This document shows, piece by piece, positions 1 to 10,988 of a DNA stretch of 64,000 nt; position 1 is the first letter of the stretch; each line of letters opens with the position of its first letter. The notes beneath the pieces were generated by a model. It did no database searches. It was not told the origin of the DNA and was given only the letters and a program-made list of their open reading frames with translations. The translations under genes and the position numbers were made by a program. The stretch is from Paramoeba atlantica (lineage: Eukaryota > Protista > Discosea), in assembly GCA_977017575.1 (NCBI GenBank), contig CDRNVI010000020.1:62001-126000 (forward strand). The letters are read 5' to 3'.

Positions 1-2
1 AA

Positions 3-371
3 TGGAAAGGAAAAGTAGGTAGTCTAAAGGGCAAAGGACTAAACGAGATTATGGACAAAAGCAGCGACATTCACGACAACTCCACAAATTCAGACGAAAT
101 GAACATCGAACTGCGAGAATGCATCACACGACAAGAATCACGACAAAGCAAACCACGGAAAATCAAAGTTATCATCGGAGACTCACGACCTTCGGATCAA
201 ACAAGCTCAGATATGCCATCGAAGTCTCCCCAAATAACTGAAAATGCGCCGCAAAATGAAGACGACATGTCAGCGGACACCGATGGCCTAAGTACCTCAT
301 CTGAAACAATGTCATCCGACGATCTGTGTATGAAATCCACGCCGAGGGGGCTCCATGAAACTTATAAGTAA
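3..371 (+). CDS. Partial ORF, Ser/Asp/Thr-rich low-complexity C-terminus, function unknown
   Basis: The frame is open from the window edge (WKGKVGSLKG... upstream of Met 51) to the stop at 371. No recognisable motif. Confidence 0.3.
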   Translation, partial: WKGKVGSLKGKGLNEIMDKSSDIHDNSTNSDEMNIELRECITRQESRQSKPRKIKVIIGDSRPSDQTSSDMPSKSPQITENAPQNEDDMSADTDGLSTSSETMSSDDLCMKSTPRGLHETYK

Positions 372-689
372 CAAACAAATATAAGTAAATACCTATGACT
401 AATATAATCACACTTCCAAATCGTCCCAAAATCAAAGAACACATAATACGATATATAGATAGAATTCACATGCACAAACATAGTTCAAAAGAAAGCCTGC
501 ATAAAACCAATAATCATGTGTCACGTTGTTAACGGGATTCCCCCCCACCGGAACCCTCGGCCAAATGGCTGGGGGCTTGGTGGGTGGGCACAAAAACTTA
601 AAGCGAAGTAAAATAACAACCTAACAAGGATATATAAGATAATAGTAAATACCCATCCCATGTAAAATTCTGAATACAAAACATAATTC

Positions 690-3600
690 GAGAAACTATG
701 TGCCCCGAAGGGCCAGCAGGCAAATACATAACAGCCCCTCGGCTAAATTTCAAAACGTGGACTATTAGAGTGAGCTGGCACGCACACGAATTTTGAAAGC
801 GCCAGACCAAGTTCAAGACATTGTATCAGAATGGGGCCGCGGTACTCAATGCGAGATCCTTTGGAACTTCCGCTACGGAGAAGAAATTTTTCATTCTGTC
901 GGCGAAGTAGTGTCCCGCGTCTCAAGGAAAGGTCAGGTTCGTATAAAGATTGCGTACTCCCCTGCTGAAGGACAAACCGGACCCCAAGGAAACCTCTTTC
1001 TTCCACAGTCTGACAAAGTGCGAGTCTTTCAAAACTGGCTACGAAGATAAATCGAATACCAAGCAAAGGAGTAAACACGCTAAATTTTCCGGAGAGCATG
1101 TCAGAGACGACGAAGGAATCCGACACGCACAGAGACATGGAACCACTTCCACCGCTAGCTCAAATAGAACCGTCCTTTGCTGTACATGTGGTTTCAATTT
1201 TCAGAGAGACAATTCGCGAATATCCTCATTTACAACTTCTGTCCGAAAAAGAAACCCTATGGCACAGGTTCCTAAATGCTCCGAGAGATGCTTTGACCAC
1301 TGTGAGGAAAATGCTAATGCGAACACGAGCCACGACTCACGCGCCGAAAAGTAAAAGTAAATATGAATACAACGTCGACAAGCTCAGCCAAGAAGAACAA
1401 GAAGAGTTAGAAACTGACCGCCGAGCGATCCGCAATGCTTTACGAACGGCCAAAGCAGGAAACCTAGGCAAAGCAACGCGTATTCTCGATAACGTCTACA
1501 AACAATCACCCCTGACTATCGAAGAAAAAGTTTCTCTTCTAATAAGTCTCCATCCTTCCGGGAAAACGCCTCAAATGCCGATAAGTGTTGACTTTCCGCG
1601 CATTGGAATTGTTGAACGAGACGAACTCCTCTTAGCAGCCAGCAAATTGGCAAAGGGTGCTTCCCCCGGACCTACAGGTTTCAGCGAATCGATGTTGCGA
1701 CTTCTCGCCGACGATGAAGAATCCAGCATTTGCTTATGCCACATGTTTCGCGACGTGATCAATGGCGACATTCCAAACTCGGTGCGTGATCGACTCACAA
1801 GATGCAGATTAGTAGCTTTGCCCAAACAAATAAATAAACTGCGCCCGATCGCTATAGGAGAGACCATCCTTAAAGTGTGTGGCATCATTCTTTTTCAACG
1901 ACATGAAGACGCGCTTAAAAAGCACTCTCAACCCTTCCAACGAGGCATACTACAAAAGAATGCGTGTGAGCAAATTGTGCATGAACTGATAGAAGAATAC
2001 GAGGCAGACCACAAGATCGTCACAGTCGATTACACCAACGCGTTCAACACACCAAACAGAATCGCCATTGCAGAAACTCTTCAAAAGCATGATGTTTTCA
2101 GACCATTTATGCGCCTCTTTTTCCTAGAGTACTCCGAGCCATCTGATCTTCTTTTCTTTGCTGACAACACACTCTATTCAACAATCAAAAGCACATCTGG
2201 GGTACGACAAGGTTCAGCGCTCTCATCTCTCTACTTTTGTAGCTTAATACATCCCATCCTAGCTGAAGTAGCCGATCTTTTTCCTGAAGTCACGATCCGA
2301 GCATATATGGACGACATCACGCTTTCATCTCGAAACACTTTATCCCTAGAAGCCGCTTTCCTCCATCTTCAAGAACTTTCTAAAGACTTATCACTTGATG
2401 TCAACTGCAATAAAACAGAGTGGTTTCAGAAAGGAGCAAAAAACTGTCCATTGGCATTGCAGAAAGCTGGTCTATCGTCACCGGAGAAATCTGTCAAGAT
2501 CCTAGGCGCCTACATAGGGGAGAATGAGGACGTTAGTGAAAAGCTCGTACGACAGTCAGTAAAGCATGTATGCCTTTTTCGACGTTTGCAAATCATGGGC
2601 CCAAGCAATCTTTCGTTAGCAATGTTGCAACGATGCACGATTCCACGACAGGATTACTTTTTGCGCGTCCACAAACCAGCAGCTACACTGAAAATTGCGG
2701 AATGCTTCGATGTTGAAATATCAAGAATTATCTCACACTGGTTTCTCGCCACAGGTGACTCACTCCGCCTCGCAACTCTACCGCAAAAAATGGGAGGTCT
2801 TGGTCCCACTCAGTCCACCTTAAAGCAACGGTACTTTTTTGAAGCAGCCAGACGATCTATTGATGAGCATAAAATATCCACTAAAGCTCCGGTAGGTCAA
2901 CAAGCTGTTGAGAAAGTTAGTGGCGTTACTTTGAATCCGATGAAAATAAAGAGTAAGGCCTCTAAAGCAATTCGCGAAGAGCAAACAAAAGTGCTGTCAG
3001 AAATCAAAGCAAACAAGCGATTAAGTGAAGTTATTAGCAGAACAAAGGACTCGAATTCACACTTGGTCTCCACTAATGATTACATCAATCCCTATCTTTT
3101 CCGATATTCCATAATGATGCGATTGGGGATGTCACTCCCGAAAGCCTCAGGGATTTGCCATTGTCCGGGATGCGGGTCACAGCAAGAAGGAAACGGCCTT
3201 CTTCATCATGTTGCGGGCTGCGCACAATGTTCAGGTATGAACACCACGAAGAAACACACACACCTGATCCGTTTGCTTTCAGATTTATGCACCAAGGCTG
3301 GGCTCCCTCACGTGGTCGAACCTCGAGTACATGCTTCATTCTATTGCGCAAAGTGCAAGGCAAGTATTTCTGCAGATGCAGCTGAACGACATGCGTGTAG
3401 AGCGCGTCGGATACGTTCTGGTCCTGACTTGGGAATAATGTGGCCTCACCAGGGAGAGATATTGTATGACGTAACTGTTGTACATACTTGTACGGTGTCA
3501 AATGCAAAGTTCACCCCTGAACAACTAATGGAAAACGCACTGGCCAGGAAAAATAAAAAGTATGTAGAACAGAATGGTTTGGAACCAGAGGCGTTCAAAT

Positions 3601-3803
3601 GCTTAGCGGTGACTGATTGTGGGCTTCTCCATGAAGACACTAAAAGACTCATCTCTGTTTTAGCAGCACGGGCACACCTCAATCCTAAAGACACACGTGA
3701 TGCCTTCCGACTAGCAGTTGAAAAATTCAATGCATACACAGTTGTATGCCAACTAAGAGACGTGATCCCACACTGCAACTGGATAGGCGGACTAAGTAAC
3801 TAA
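690..3803 (+). mobile_element. CRE/SLACS/CZAR-clade non-LTR retrotransposon (copy 1), near full length; ends not defined
   Basis: Long RT plus restriction-like endonuclease ORF. An upstream N-terminal segment (793-1050) is separated by a frameshift, with an in-frame stop just upstream of it. No poly(A) tail or TSD recognised. Confidence 0.85.
1098..3803 (+). CDS. Reverse transcriptase with C-terminal CCHC zinc knuckle and restriction-like (PD-D/ExK) endonuclease, CRE clade
   Basis: RT motifs GASPGPTG, LVALPK, LRPIAIGE, DYTNAFN, GVRQGSALS, AYMDDI, KILGAYIG and LPQKMGGLG. C-terminal CPGCG...H..GC, EPR, GPDL, YDVTVVH and KNKKY. Confidence 0.93.
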   Translation: MSETTKESDTHRDMEPLPPLAQIEPSFAVHVVSIFRETIREYPHLQLLSEKETLWHRFLNAPRDALTTVRKMLMRTRATTHAPKSKSKYEYNVDKLSQEEQEELETDRRAIRNALRTAKAGNLGKATRILDNVYKQSPLTIEEKVSLLISLHPSGKTPQMPISVDFPRIGIVERDELLLAASKLAKGASPGPTGFSESMLRLLADDEESSICLCHMFRDVINGDIPNSVRDRLTRCRLVALPKQINKLRPIAIGETILKVCGIILFQRHEDALKKHSQPFQRGILQKNACEQIVHELIEEYEADHKIVTVDYTNAFNTPNRIAIAETLQKHDVFRPFMRLFFLEYSEPSDLLFFADNTLYSTIKSTSGVRQGSALSSLYFCSLIHPILAEVADLFPEVTIRAYMDDITLSSRNTLSLEAAFLHLQELSKDLSLDVNCNKTEWFQKGAKNCPLALQKAGLSSPEKSVKILGAYIGENEDVSEKLVRQSVKHVCLFRRLQIMGPSNLSLAMLQRCTIPRQDYFLRVHKPAATLKIAECFDVEISRIISHWFLATGDSLRLATLPQKMGGLGPTQSTLKQRYFFEAARRSIDEHKISTKAPVGQQAVEKVSGVTLNPMKIKSKASKAIREEQTKVLSEIKANKRLSEVISRTKDSNSHLVSTNDYINPYLFRYSIMMRLGMSLPKASGICHCPGCGSQQEGNGLLHHVAGCAQCSGMNTTKKHTHLIRLLSDLCTKAGLPHVVEPRVHASFYCAKCKASISADAAERHACRARRIRSGPDLGIMWPHQGEILYDVTVVHTCTVSNAKFTPEQLMENALARKNKKYVEQNGLEPEAFKCLAVTDCGLLHEDTKRLISVLAARAHLNPKDTRDAFRLAVEKFNAYTVVCQLRDVIPHCNWIGGLSN

Positions 3804-4383
3804 TCTTTCCTTAAACGGTTTTATTAACACAACTAATCTTTCCCAGTAAACGCAAACTGAGCACTTTTCTTTATGGTTATTTTCCTGAAGGACAAATATC
3901 ACAATGACAAAAATGTAAACTTGTGTTAGTAATTATACTCGGAAAGTCAGGTAATCGTTCAGACGAAATATATGATTTTATTTTATTGAACATTAGAAAC
4001 AATTTCCATAAGTTAAAACTTTATGCAAAAGTTAATAAAGCTTTTGCTTTACTTTGCAACTCGAAAATTTTGGACCACCACCCTTCCCTTTACATAATTA
4101 GAAAAAAAAATTAGCAAAATCAAAATTTTCGAATAATCGCCCCTTTGCACAAATGATGGAGAATATATCTAAATATAGTTACCTTCGTCAAAAAAAAACC
4201 ATAATAATAAGATCATACCCCACAATGGGTTCGTGTACTTGGAAATATAGAGGCAATGCCGCGTTTCATACTCCTCCCCCCCTATTTACTGCAAAAATAA
4301 AAATAAAAAAAATTGCTTCTTTTTATTATTATTGTTATCAAAATCATAAATTTCTATAAAAAAAAGCAATAACACAACATAAT

Positions 4384-6250
4384 ATAAGCATGCAATTCAA
4401 CGTTAGGATATTCTTGAGCAATCGTTTCCAGAATAGGCTGCATAAAGACATGTTTTGCTACTTCTTCTCTGCACGGTGAATTAAAAGCATTCTTAAAATC
4501 TACGGAAAGCATTGAATGTCCCTTATTATATCGCTCGCGTAGCTTATGGACTATTCGCTCGCAGCCCGCCCAGGAAAATACACCCTGTTGCATTGGGGCA
4601 AATAAAGGCGCAAGTGTATTTTCATAACGCTGCATAAGATCGGCTAATTTGTTAATCACTTCGCCCATTGCAACCGGTCGGACTCCACCGTCTCCCTTTG
4701 GTATTGCGACCAACCTGGAACGACTGAGCCGACAAGTTACATCCTGCGCAAGAAACCCGTTTAACAAATCACATATCATGTGACACAGATTTATACATGA
4801 CACTTCATCGTCAATCATAAGACGAACGATGCCGTCAGTCATTCCCGTTGGACCCGGGCTTGCACCTTTCGCCAGCCTCTTTCCCGCGCTGCGCAGTTCC
4901 TCCGGCGTTATACCAGCAATTATTGGCGCATCTGCGGGTGCCTCAAAGTCACACGGCTTCTGCGGATGTAGCTCAGCCAGCTTGTCTAAAATTTCTTCAT
5001 CCGAGAGATTGACCTTCTTGAAATTCTGACTGAGTGTCTTTGCTCCTTTTGTCGCACATCCTTCTAAAACCAACCGTTTGGCTTTCTTGATCGCGCGAAT
5101 GTCCTGCGCTATTTCGCTGTCCACAATTGTCGTGTTGCTCTTCGTGTTGATGGGATCGCGTCTTGTACTTCGTTTGTCCATCGTTCGTATAGTAGCCAAA
5201 GACAGCTTCATCGCCGACAACAATCGATGCCATATCTGGTTTCGCTGTACGTAGTCGGAGTGCATGTACTCTCTTACGATATCACGAAGTGTCGCCACGA
5301 CGCACGGAATAAATTCAGGACTGATCGTTCGCATTGTCGGAATCGGGAGGTAGTCGATCCCTTCGTTTCCAGTTCCTTTCCTCTCTGGCAACTGATAATT
5401 TTCCAAGAGAGAGTCTCGTAGCACGATGTCATCGATCGCCGGCGGTGCCTGATGCCACAATAAACGATACACCTTGACGCTTTCCTGCGGCGGGAGTGTT
5501 CCTTTAAATTCCTCCGCGACGCGGTATCCATAAACACCTTGGTAAGTTATCGATAACTTTCCTAATCCTCCTCGTTTGCTATGCGTACGTGTCCGATTGA
5601 TACGTTCACCTCGCTCTTCCGGTCGAAAACCCACGCAATCGTGCCCTTGGCTCCCGCTTTGATCTGTTTGGACTGTTTCCATATTTCATCTGCCGGTATG
5701 GGGAAATGATGTTTGACATCGACAGAATTTATTAGCTCATCAGTCCAATCTCCATCTCCGCTATTCTCTCCTATGAACCGTATGCTTTCAGTTGTGTTCA
5801 CTTCTGTTCCATCCGCCCTTTGGTCTCGTCGATCTTGTGGCGAGTAACAACCCTGAAACTCGTGTGCTGTGTGATCCTCCGTTTCTCCAGATGCAGCGGC
5901 TATTCCATTGTCAAATGACGGAGACCCGAGAGATCGACCAGACCCCGCCTGTTTCTGGGATTTGCACTTCTACAGAATTGAATGCTGCACCGGACATGGC
6001 GCTTGATGCCGTTCTTATAGCATCAGCTGCGACAGCGCACGTTCTTTTAATGCGAATACACCACTTTCCTGCTTCCTTCGATTCTCCTAGCGGGACTTCG
6101 GCTGCGCATGTACCCGCGTTCGCCGGTAATGACACTGATTCGTTTGACGTAATTCCTGATTCGTTTGACACTGATTCGACTGGACACGGCGTCGTTACCT
6201 GGAGGGGCAAGGGAAGGGGTAATGCCGCTCGGTTTTTGTTTTATCGCTTC
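4384..6250 (-). mobile_element. Decayed, 3'-truncated CRE-clade retrotransposon (copy 2, divergent from copy 1)
   Basis: ORF 4354-5682 carries LAELHP, GASPGPTG, LVAIPK, VRPVAMGE and DFKNAFN. It has an internal RT deletion and stops at ELHAY, just before the expected DD. Fragmented N-terminal ORFs lie at 5562-6210. Confidence 0.85.
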
Positions 6251-6337
6251 CTGTAAACTTTCATAAAACTCATCTTTATCTATTTCCTGTGATTTGATCC
6301 GAAAAATATTTTTTTATAAAAACTTTGCTCGACCATG

Positions 6338-6565
6338 ACCCCCCACTGGACCCCCCACTGGACCCCCCCTGGACCCCCCCTGGACCCCCCCTAGACCCCC
6401 CCTAGACCCCCCATTTTTATCATTTTTTTCTCAGTTTTGGACCACCGGAGCCCCCTTTTATTTTTTCTTCTATTACATTACTGTGTTCTTTATATTTTCA
6501 CTGTTTTTGTTCACTTTTTTTTCAATAATCGAGGGTATAGCGGTAGTTATACAACCACCGCAATA
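6338..6565. repeat. Unclassified dispersed repeat, copy 1: (CCCCCCTGGA)-type minisatellite, GGACCACCGGAGCCCCC box, T-rich spacer and terminal stem-loop
   Basis: The same ordered modules recur at 24590-24825, at 25850-26216 plus 27184-27278, and at 39931-39992. Confidence 0.8.
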
Positions 6566-7090
6566 ATAAACAAACAAACAAAAAAACTTTTTCCCAAAAA
6601 GCGGTGATTAAGTAGGGGGGAGGGGGTACAGTACATAAAGGGCTGTGGATGCTGTTTCAGCACGGTTTCGTTCGGTTCTAGTCCGTGATAACGGGGCTAG
6701 GGTAATAATTCGGAGAGGTACGAGATCGTTGAAGCTGAGGTTTTAGCCCATTGAAGCTGAAGAGGCAAGTCCGCTCGGGGGGTATAGCACCCTCAAGGGT
6801 ATAACACCCTCGACGACTTGGTCCATTGAAGCTGAGGAGTCTAAACCGTTGAAGCTGATAATCGACACCCCCGAACAAAAGCAGCAAGCAGGGGGGAGGC
6901 CACTCTCGGTCCTGCGGAAAATACGCATGTAGTCTTCGGATTTGCATGTATGTCTCAACCTGAAAGGGTTAAGATAGTTCAGCGGACAAGTTGGATGAAA
7001 ATCCACCTTTGAGTGATAGCCTCCCCCAAAGCTACCTCGGCTTACTCCGGGGAGGCAACATCCCCAATGGGATAGAAAGCCTCGCAACTT

Positions 7091-7453
7091 TCAGCTTTTA
7101 ACTTTCGGTACCATGAAAAAAACGAAACCTGTCAAAATGAGCAAAACATCGCTCAATTCGAGATCTAAGATTTCTTCGATTTTAGCACTGAGCTCCTCCT
7201 CAGTGATTGTAAGCGTAGGTGTGAACACAGGCACTCCTTTCGTAAAAGTTCTCTTTGTTGAAACCAGCACAGCCTTGTAGATAGCTCCTTCTGTTTCACT
7301 CGCCGAGGGACTCGCGATTCTTTCCATGAGCGCTTCGTTGCTCCCTATTTGGGACATAATGTGTTCGAAAAAATTGTGATAATTTAAGAAAATCAGAGAA
7401 ACAAATAAGTTGAATCCAGTAGTTCGAAAAAAAATTCGCAACTCATTACACAT
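7091..7453 (-). pseudogene. Truncated homolog of the element-borne orphan ORF-A (38008-38646)
   Basis: TFTKGVPVFTPTLTITEEELSAKIEE aligns with TFTKRKTPFAPPALVVTEEELGAKVEE. Confidence 0.7.
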
Positions 7454-7744
7454 GCATTATTACACTTCCACTCATACCCTAAGCGCCTTGAAAGAATAAA
7501 AAAACCAAGTATTTATTCTGTAAGCTACTATCATACCCTGGAGGTGACCTGTAGTGATCTCACTACATATGTAGTGAGTCACCACATTCACTACATTTGG
7601 TTCACTACACTCAGTACACTTTCACCACCATACGTTTTGGCTTTCACGTACCTCCTTGAATGTTCGATAAAAATTATAGTACTATAAAAACAAGAAAAGA
7701 AAGGCCCACAAAGCCCCCTTTACCCACGCCGACCACCGTCCTGC

Positions 7745-8800
7745 TCCCCTGAGGCCGCTCTCAGCATCTGAGCGCTGCCGCGTTGGATGGCGGCGCCAGT
7801 GGCCATATCATGTGCTCTGTAACCTTTTGGGTTGCCTTTTGGGTTGGAAGTTTACCGGCCCAACTTCCGCAAAAGGGAGTGTCCCGTTCCCCGGGATTCC
7901 GAAGACCGTGAAGGCTAGCTGGTAGAGGACCACCCCTCTATCGTTTGACATCTCTCCATTTTTTTAAGCTTCTCGGCTTCCGCTTTGGCGAGTGTGCAGC
8001 CTGGATTTTTGCTTTCGGCCTCCACATACGATGCGGCCAGGGGATTCACCACGGTAACGTCGATAAGAACGAGCTGACGTAGGAGGTAACAGATTTGGTA
8101 GGTAGGAGGTAGCGGAGTCGGTGGGCAATCTGCCATTCCGGTTCGGACATCATGTGTTCCGATCGATTGGGAAGTGCTTGCAGCCAGTACCGGGAGTAGA
8201 TGTTGTTGACTTGCAACAGATGAACGCACTCCGTTGCGTTTGTTGTTTCCTCTAACGCAGCATCCAGCGTCGACGTGGCGTTGCTTTTGGGCTCTGTGCT
8301 TCGGGGGTGGGTTGGGAACACGACGTTCTCTGTACATTTCGGAGTGTTGTATTCGGGTGACGCGCTTGAACTATGTAATTCCATGCAGCTCCACAGTTAC
8401 GAAAAAGAGTCAAAGCGACAGGCCTGGGTAGAGATGCTAACTTGTCAACGAATCGCTGTATTTTGGGAACTTGGTCTTCCACACATTTTTGCTCGAGGTC
8501 TGGATCCTGAGCTACGTAAGCCCCCAATAATTTCTGGCCATCGTAGCTACGTATGTGTGATCTCCGTGTCTTTGAAGGATGAGAATTGTTCCGCTTGATG
8601 TGTACTGGCATTTGACCGACTTTGGACAGCGAATTCGAAACGAAGAACCTTCATTAGTAACAACGAAGGAGAATGCATCCCGAACGTGTTCTGGGGCACC
8701 TAGGAGGGTGATATCGTCAAGGTAGGCCTTCAGTTCGATAAACGTTGACTCCTGCAAAACTTTGCCTGTTAATGAAAACCTCAACTTTCTTGATGTCATT
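7745..8800 (-). pseudogene. Frameshifted CRE-clade RT/endonuclease fragment (copy 3)
   Basis: Motifs LKAYLDDITLLG, KLLGAYV, HRLRYLLP, LIDVTVVNP and AAIQRGSAQML, spread over several frames. Confidence 0.8.
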
Positions 8801-9859
8801 TACGGGTGACATTTCCGCCTGCCTACTTTCCACTTTGGGATGCAGCACCTTGCATGTCACATTCTTATGGCTGTAGTACGGTTACATACATCGACCATGA
8901 AAAACTGTGCCACAATGCTTGCAAATGATATGGCGTCTTTGATTGCCGTCGTCCTGAAGGAATGATTGCGGATCTTTGCGTTTCGCGAACTCCCGTGAAC
9001 ATACCGTTACCCCCACCCCCTTACTTCGCCTCCCCCCTTACTTCATCACATTTAGTCGCTGGACGTGTGGTGAAGTAAGGGGGGTGTTGGATTTTTCTCA
9101 GACAACTTACCACCTCTTTACACAGCCGGAGGGGTGCACTGCAACCGACCGTTGCATCGGGCTAAGGCGAGGCAGAGCCACGCCCAGTGGTCTTCAAGGA
9201 GGGACACAGATGGCGCACAAACATCGATGAACAAAGGTTCTTGGTGCACACGTCGGTGAAGACGACGCCGTCATACCAGGATTTTAAACCACAGTCCGGT
9301 TTAACATTCCGGGGGGAAATAACAACGGTTACAGGAATGCTACGTAGCTGCAGGAATGATAACTTTTTAAGGATTGTCCTGGGTTTACCGTACGATTCGT
9401 CGACGCAACGGGTTGGTAGCAGCACGTTGTTGCCGCCTTGTACTAACAAAAACAGGTAGAGGACTTCGGCCTCGAAACTTCCAAATCTATCTGTGAAGGA
9501 TCTGACTTGCCAGTGACCGATCGGAGCTATCCGGAATGATTTAGTATGTTGAACCATTTCTAATTCAGAACGATTTTCTTCCATGTCAGTTTCTTCATCA
9601 TGTCAGTTTGATCATAAAGTTGCGCCACAGTGTTTTGTAGTTCTAACATTTAAATTGGTGTTCAATGGGTTATGTTCTGCGACATCATTTAAATTTCGCG
9701 ATGTAACCTGGGGAACGGTATATTATTTAAATCGCTATTTAAATAATAAAGTGCTATTTAAATAATATAGTGTTAAAGTTTCTATTTAAATAATATAGCG
9801 TTAACGCTATAATATTTAAATAGAGGAAAAAGCGCAAGTAAAAATGTGGTCTTTAGAAG

Positions 9860-10812
9860 CAGGGTTCGCAGAAACTATAAAACTATCGATATAGTACTAT
9901 ATAGTTACTATAAACTTTTTTTAAAAACTATAAAAAACTTTATTTTTTTGTTTCACATTTTAAGCACTTCTAAGCTCACCAACACGCCATAATTACACAG
10001 AGAAATCATTTGTGTACGATTTTTCTTATGTTTAAACCAGAAAATTGATGCCCGAAATTAAAGTTACGAGGGGTAGTTTCTGCAAAGATTATTTTATTGA
10101 AGTGTTGCGCACAGAGGGAAGTAAACAAGCGGTTGAATGTAACTTGTGTCAGGAGGGGACGTACCACAGTCCCATCGTGTGGCCTTGACAGATTGGGAAG
10201 AATCTTGCATCCCGAACATCTCACTGCATCGCTGTCGCCGTGCATGGGCTGGAGCCACCGACGTTATGTCTTGGGACTGAACAACTGCTGCTCACAATTC
10301 TATGAGTTTGAATAAATTTTACATCATGTTTTTCGGCGGTCATGGAACCGCGGGGAAGAGCGAGGATGTTTCGATAGCTATGTAACCCAGGCTAAAGTGG
10401 ACGAGGAAGGCTTCAAAGGCACCTTTAGTCCACCACAAAATGAAATGACATCTCCCGGTTTGTAAAGGATTCCGATGTGACAAAAGAATCTTTAAAGGAC
10501 ATACCCTTCCATTTTTGGGGTGGTTTGCCAAAGGTGCTTTTAGTATCTCCCTCGTCCACTTTAGCCTGGGTTACATTTTTTTCAGACTTCCTTGTCATAT
10601 CATACGTATGAAAGCGTGTAAGAACGCGTGTAGAGGCGTGTGTATGTCCTTCACAAGCGAAGAGGACTCAAAAAATATCACTTGTAACGTGAAAAAAACT
10701 TTATAGTTTTCTTATAGTTTTATAGTAAAATATAGTAAATATAGTACTATATAGTAACTATATTCGATAAAAAAAACTATATTTTGCTATATTATAGTTT
10801 CTGCGAACCCTG
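9860..10812. mobile_element. Non-autonomous hAT-type element (CAGGG termini, 8-bp TSD TTTAGAAG)
   Basis: Perfect 21-bp TIR CAGGGTTCGCAGAAACTATAA. TTTAGAAG occurs at 9852-9859 and 10813-10820. TATAG-rich subterminal repeats. Confidence 0.9.
10381..10575. mobile_element. 195-bp MITE (TGTAACCCAGGCTAAAGTGGACGAGG TIRs); same family as 40002-40181
   Basis: Perfect 26-bp TIR. TA on the left and TT on the right (TSD probably mutated). Confidence 0.85.
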
Positions 10813-10988
10813 TTTAGAAGTACGTACGGTAGTTTAAGGGGCTTCTAAGTTGGTATAGAACACTTAAAAAGCTGTAAAAAATGATTTTAGACTAGAATTC
10901 TAGTTATTACCAAAGAATTCTAGGTATTGCCAAAGGAATTTCTCAACAAGAAGGCCCGCCATAGTGGGAAAATGAGCTGAATTTTGCC

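Noticed and set aside
3804-3900. Spliced-leader RNA gene at the CRE 3' junction (AACTAA at about 3830)
   Set aside because: Only the hexamer matches. The conserved ACAGTTTCTGTACT core and the GT donor are absent.
4270-6631. TIR element enclosing CRE copy 2 (CTCCTCCCCCCCTATTTAC vs GTAGGGGGGAGGGGGTACAG|TA)
   Set aside because: The match is mostly a C-run and the left end lacks the terminal CTGT. These may be two unrelated solo ends.
6745-6790. Hammerhead ribozyme (CTGAAGAG)
   Set aside because: There is no correctly placed GAAA after a stem II and no closing stems.
9162-9584. Protein-coding gene inside the 9004-11507 element
   Set aside because: No recognisable motif, and the upstream frame is broken. 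It may be a decayed cargo or transposase piece but cannot be assigned.
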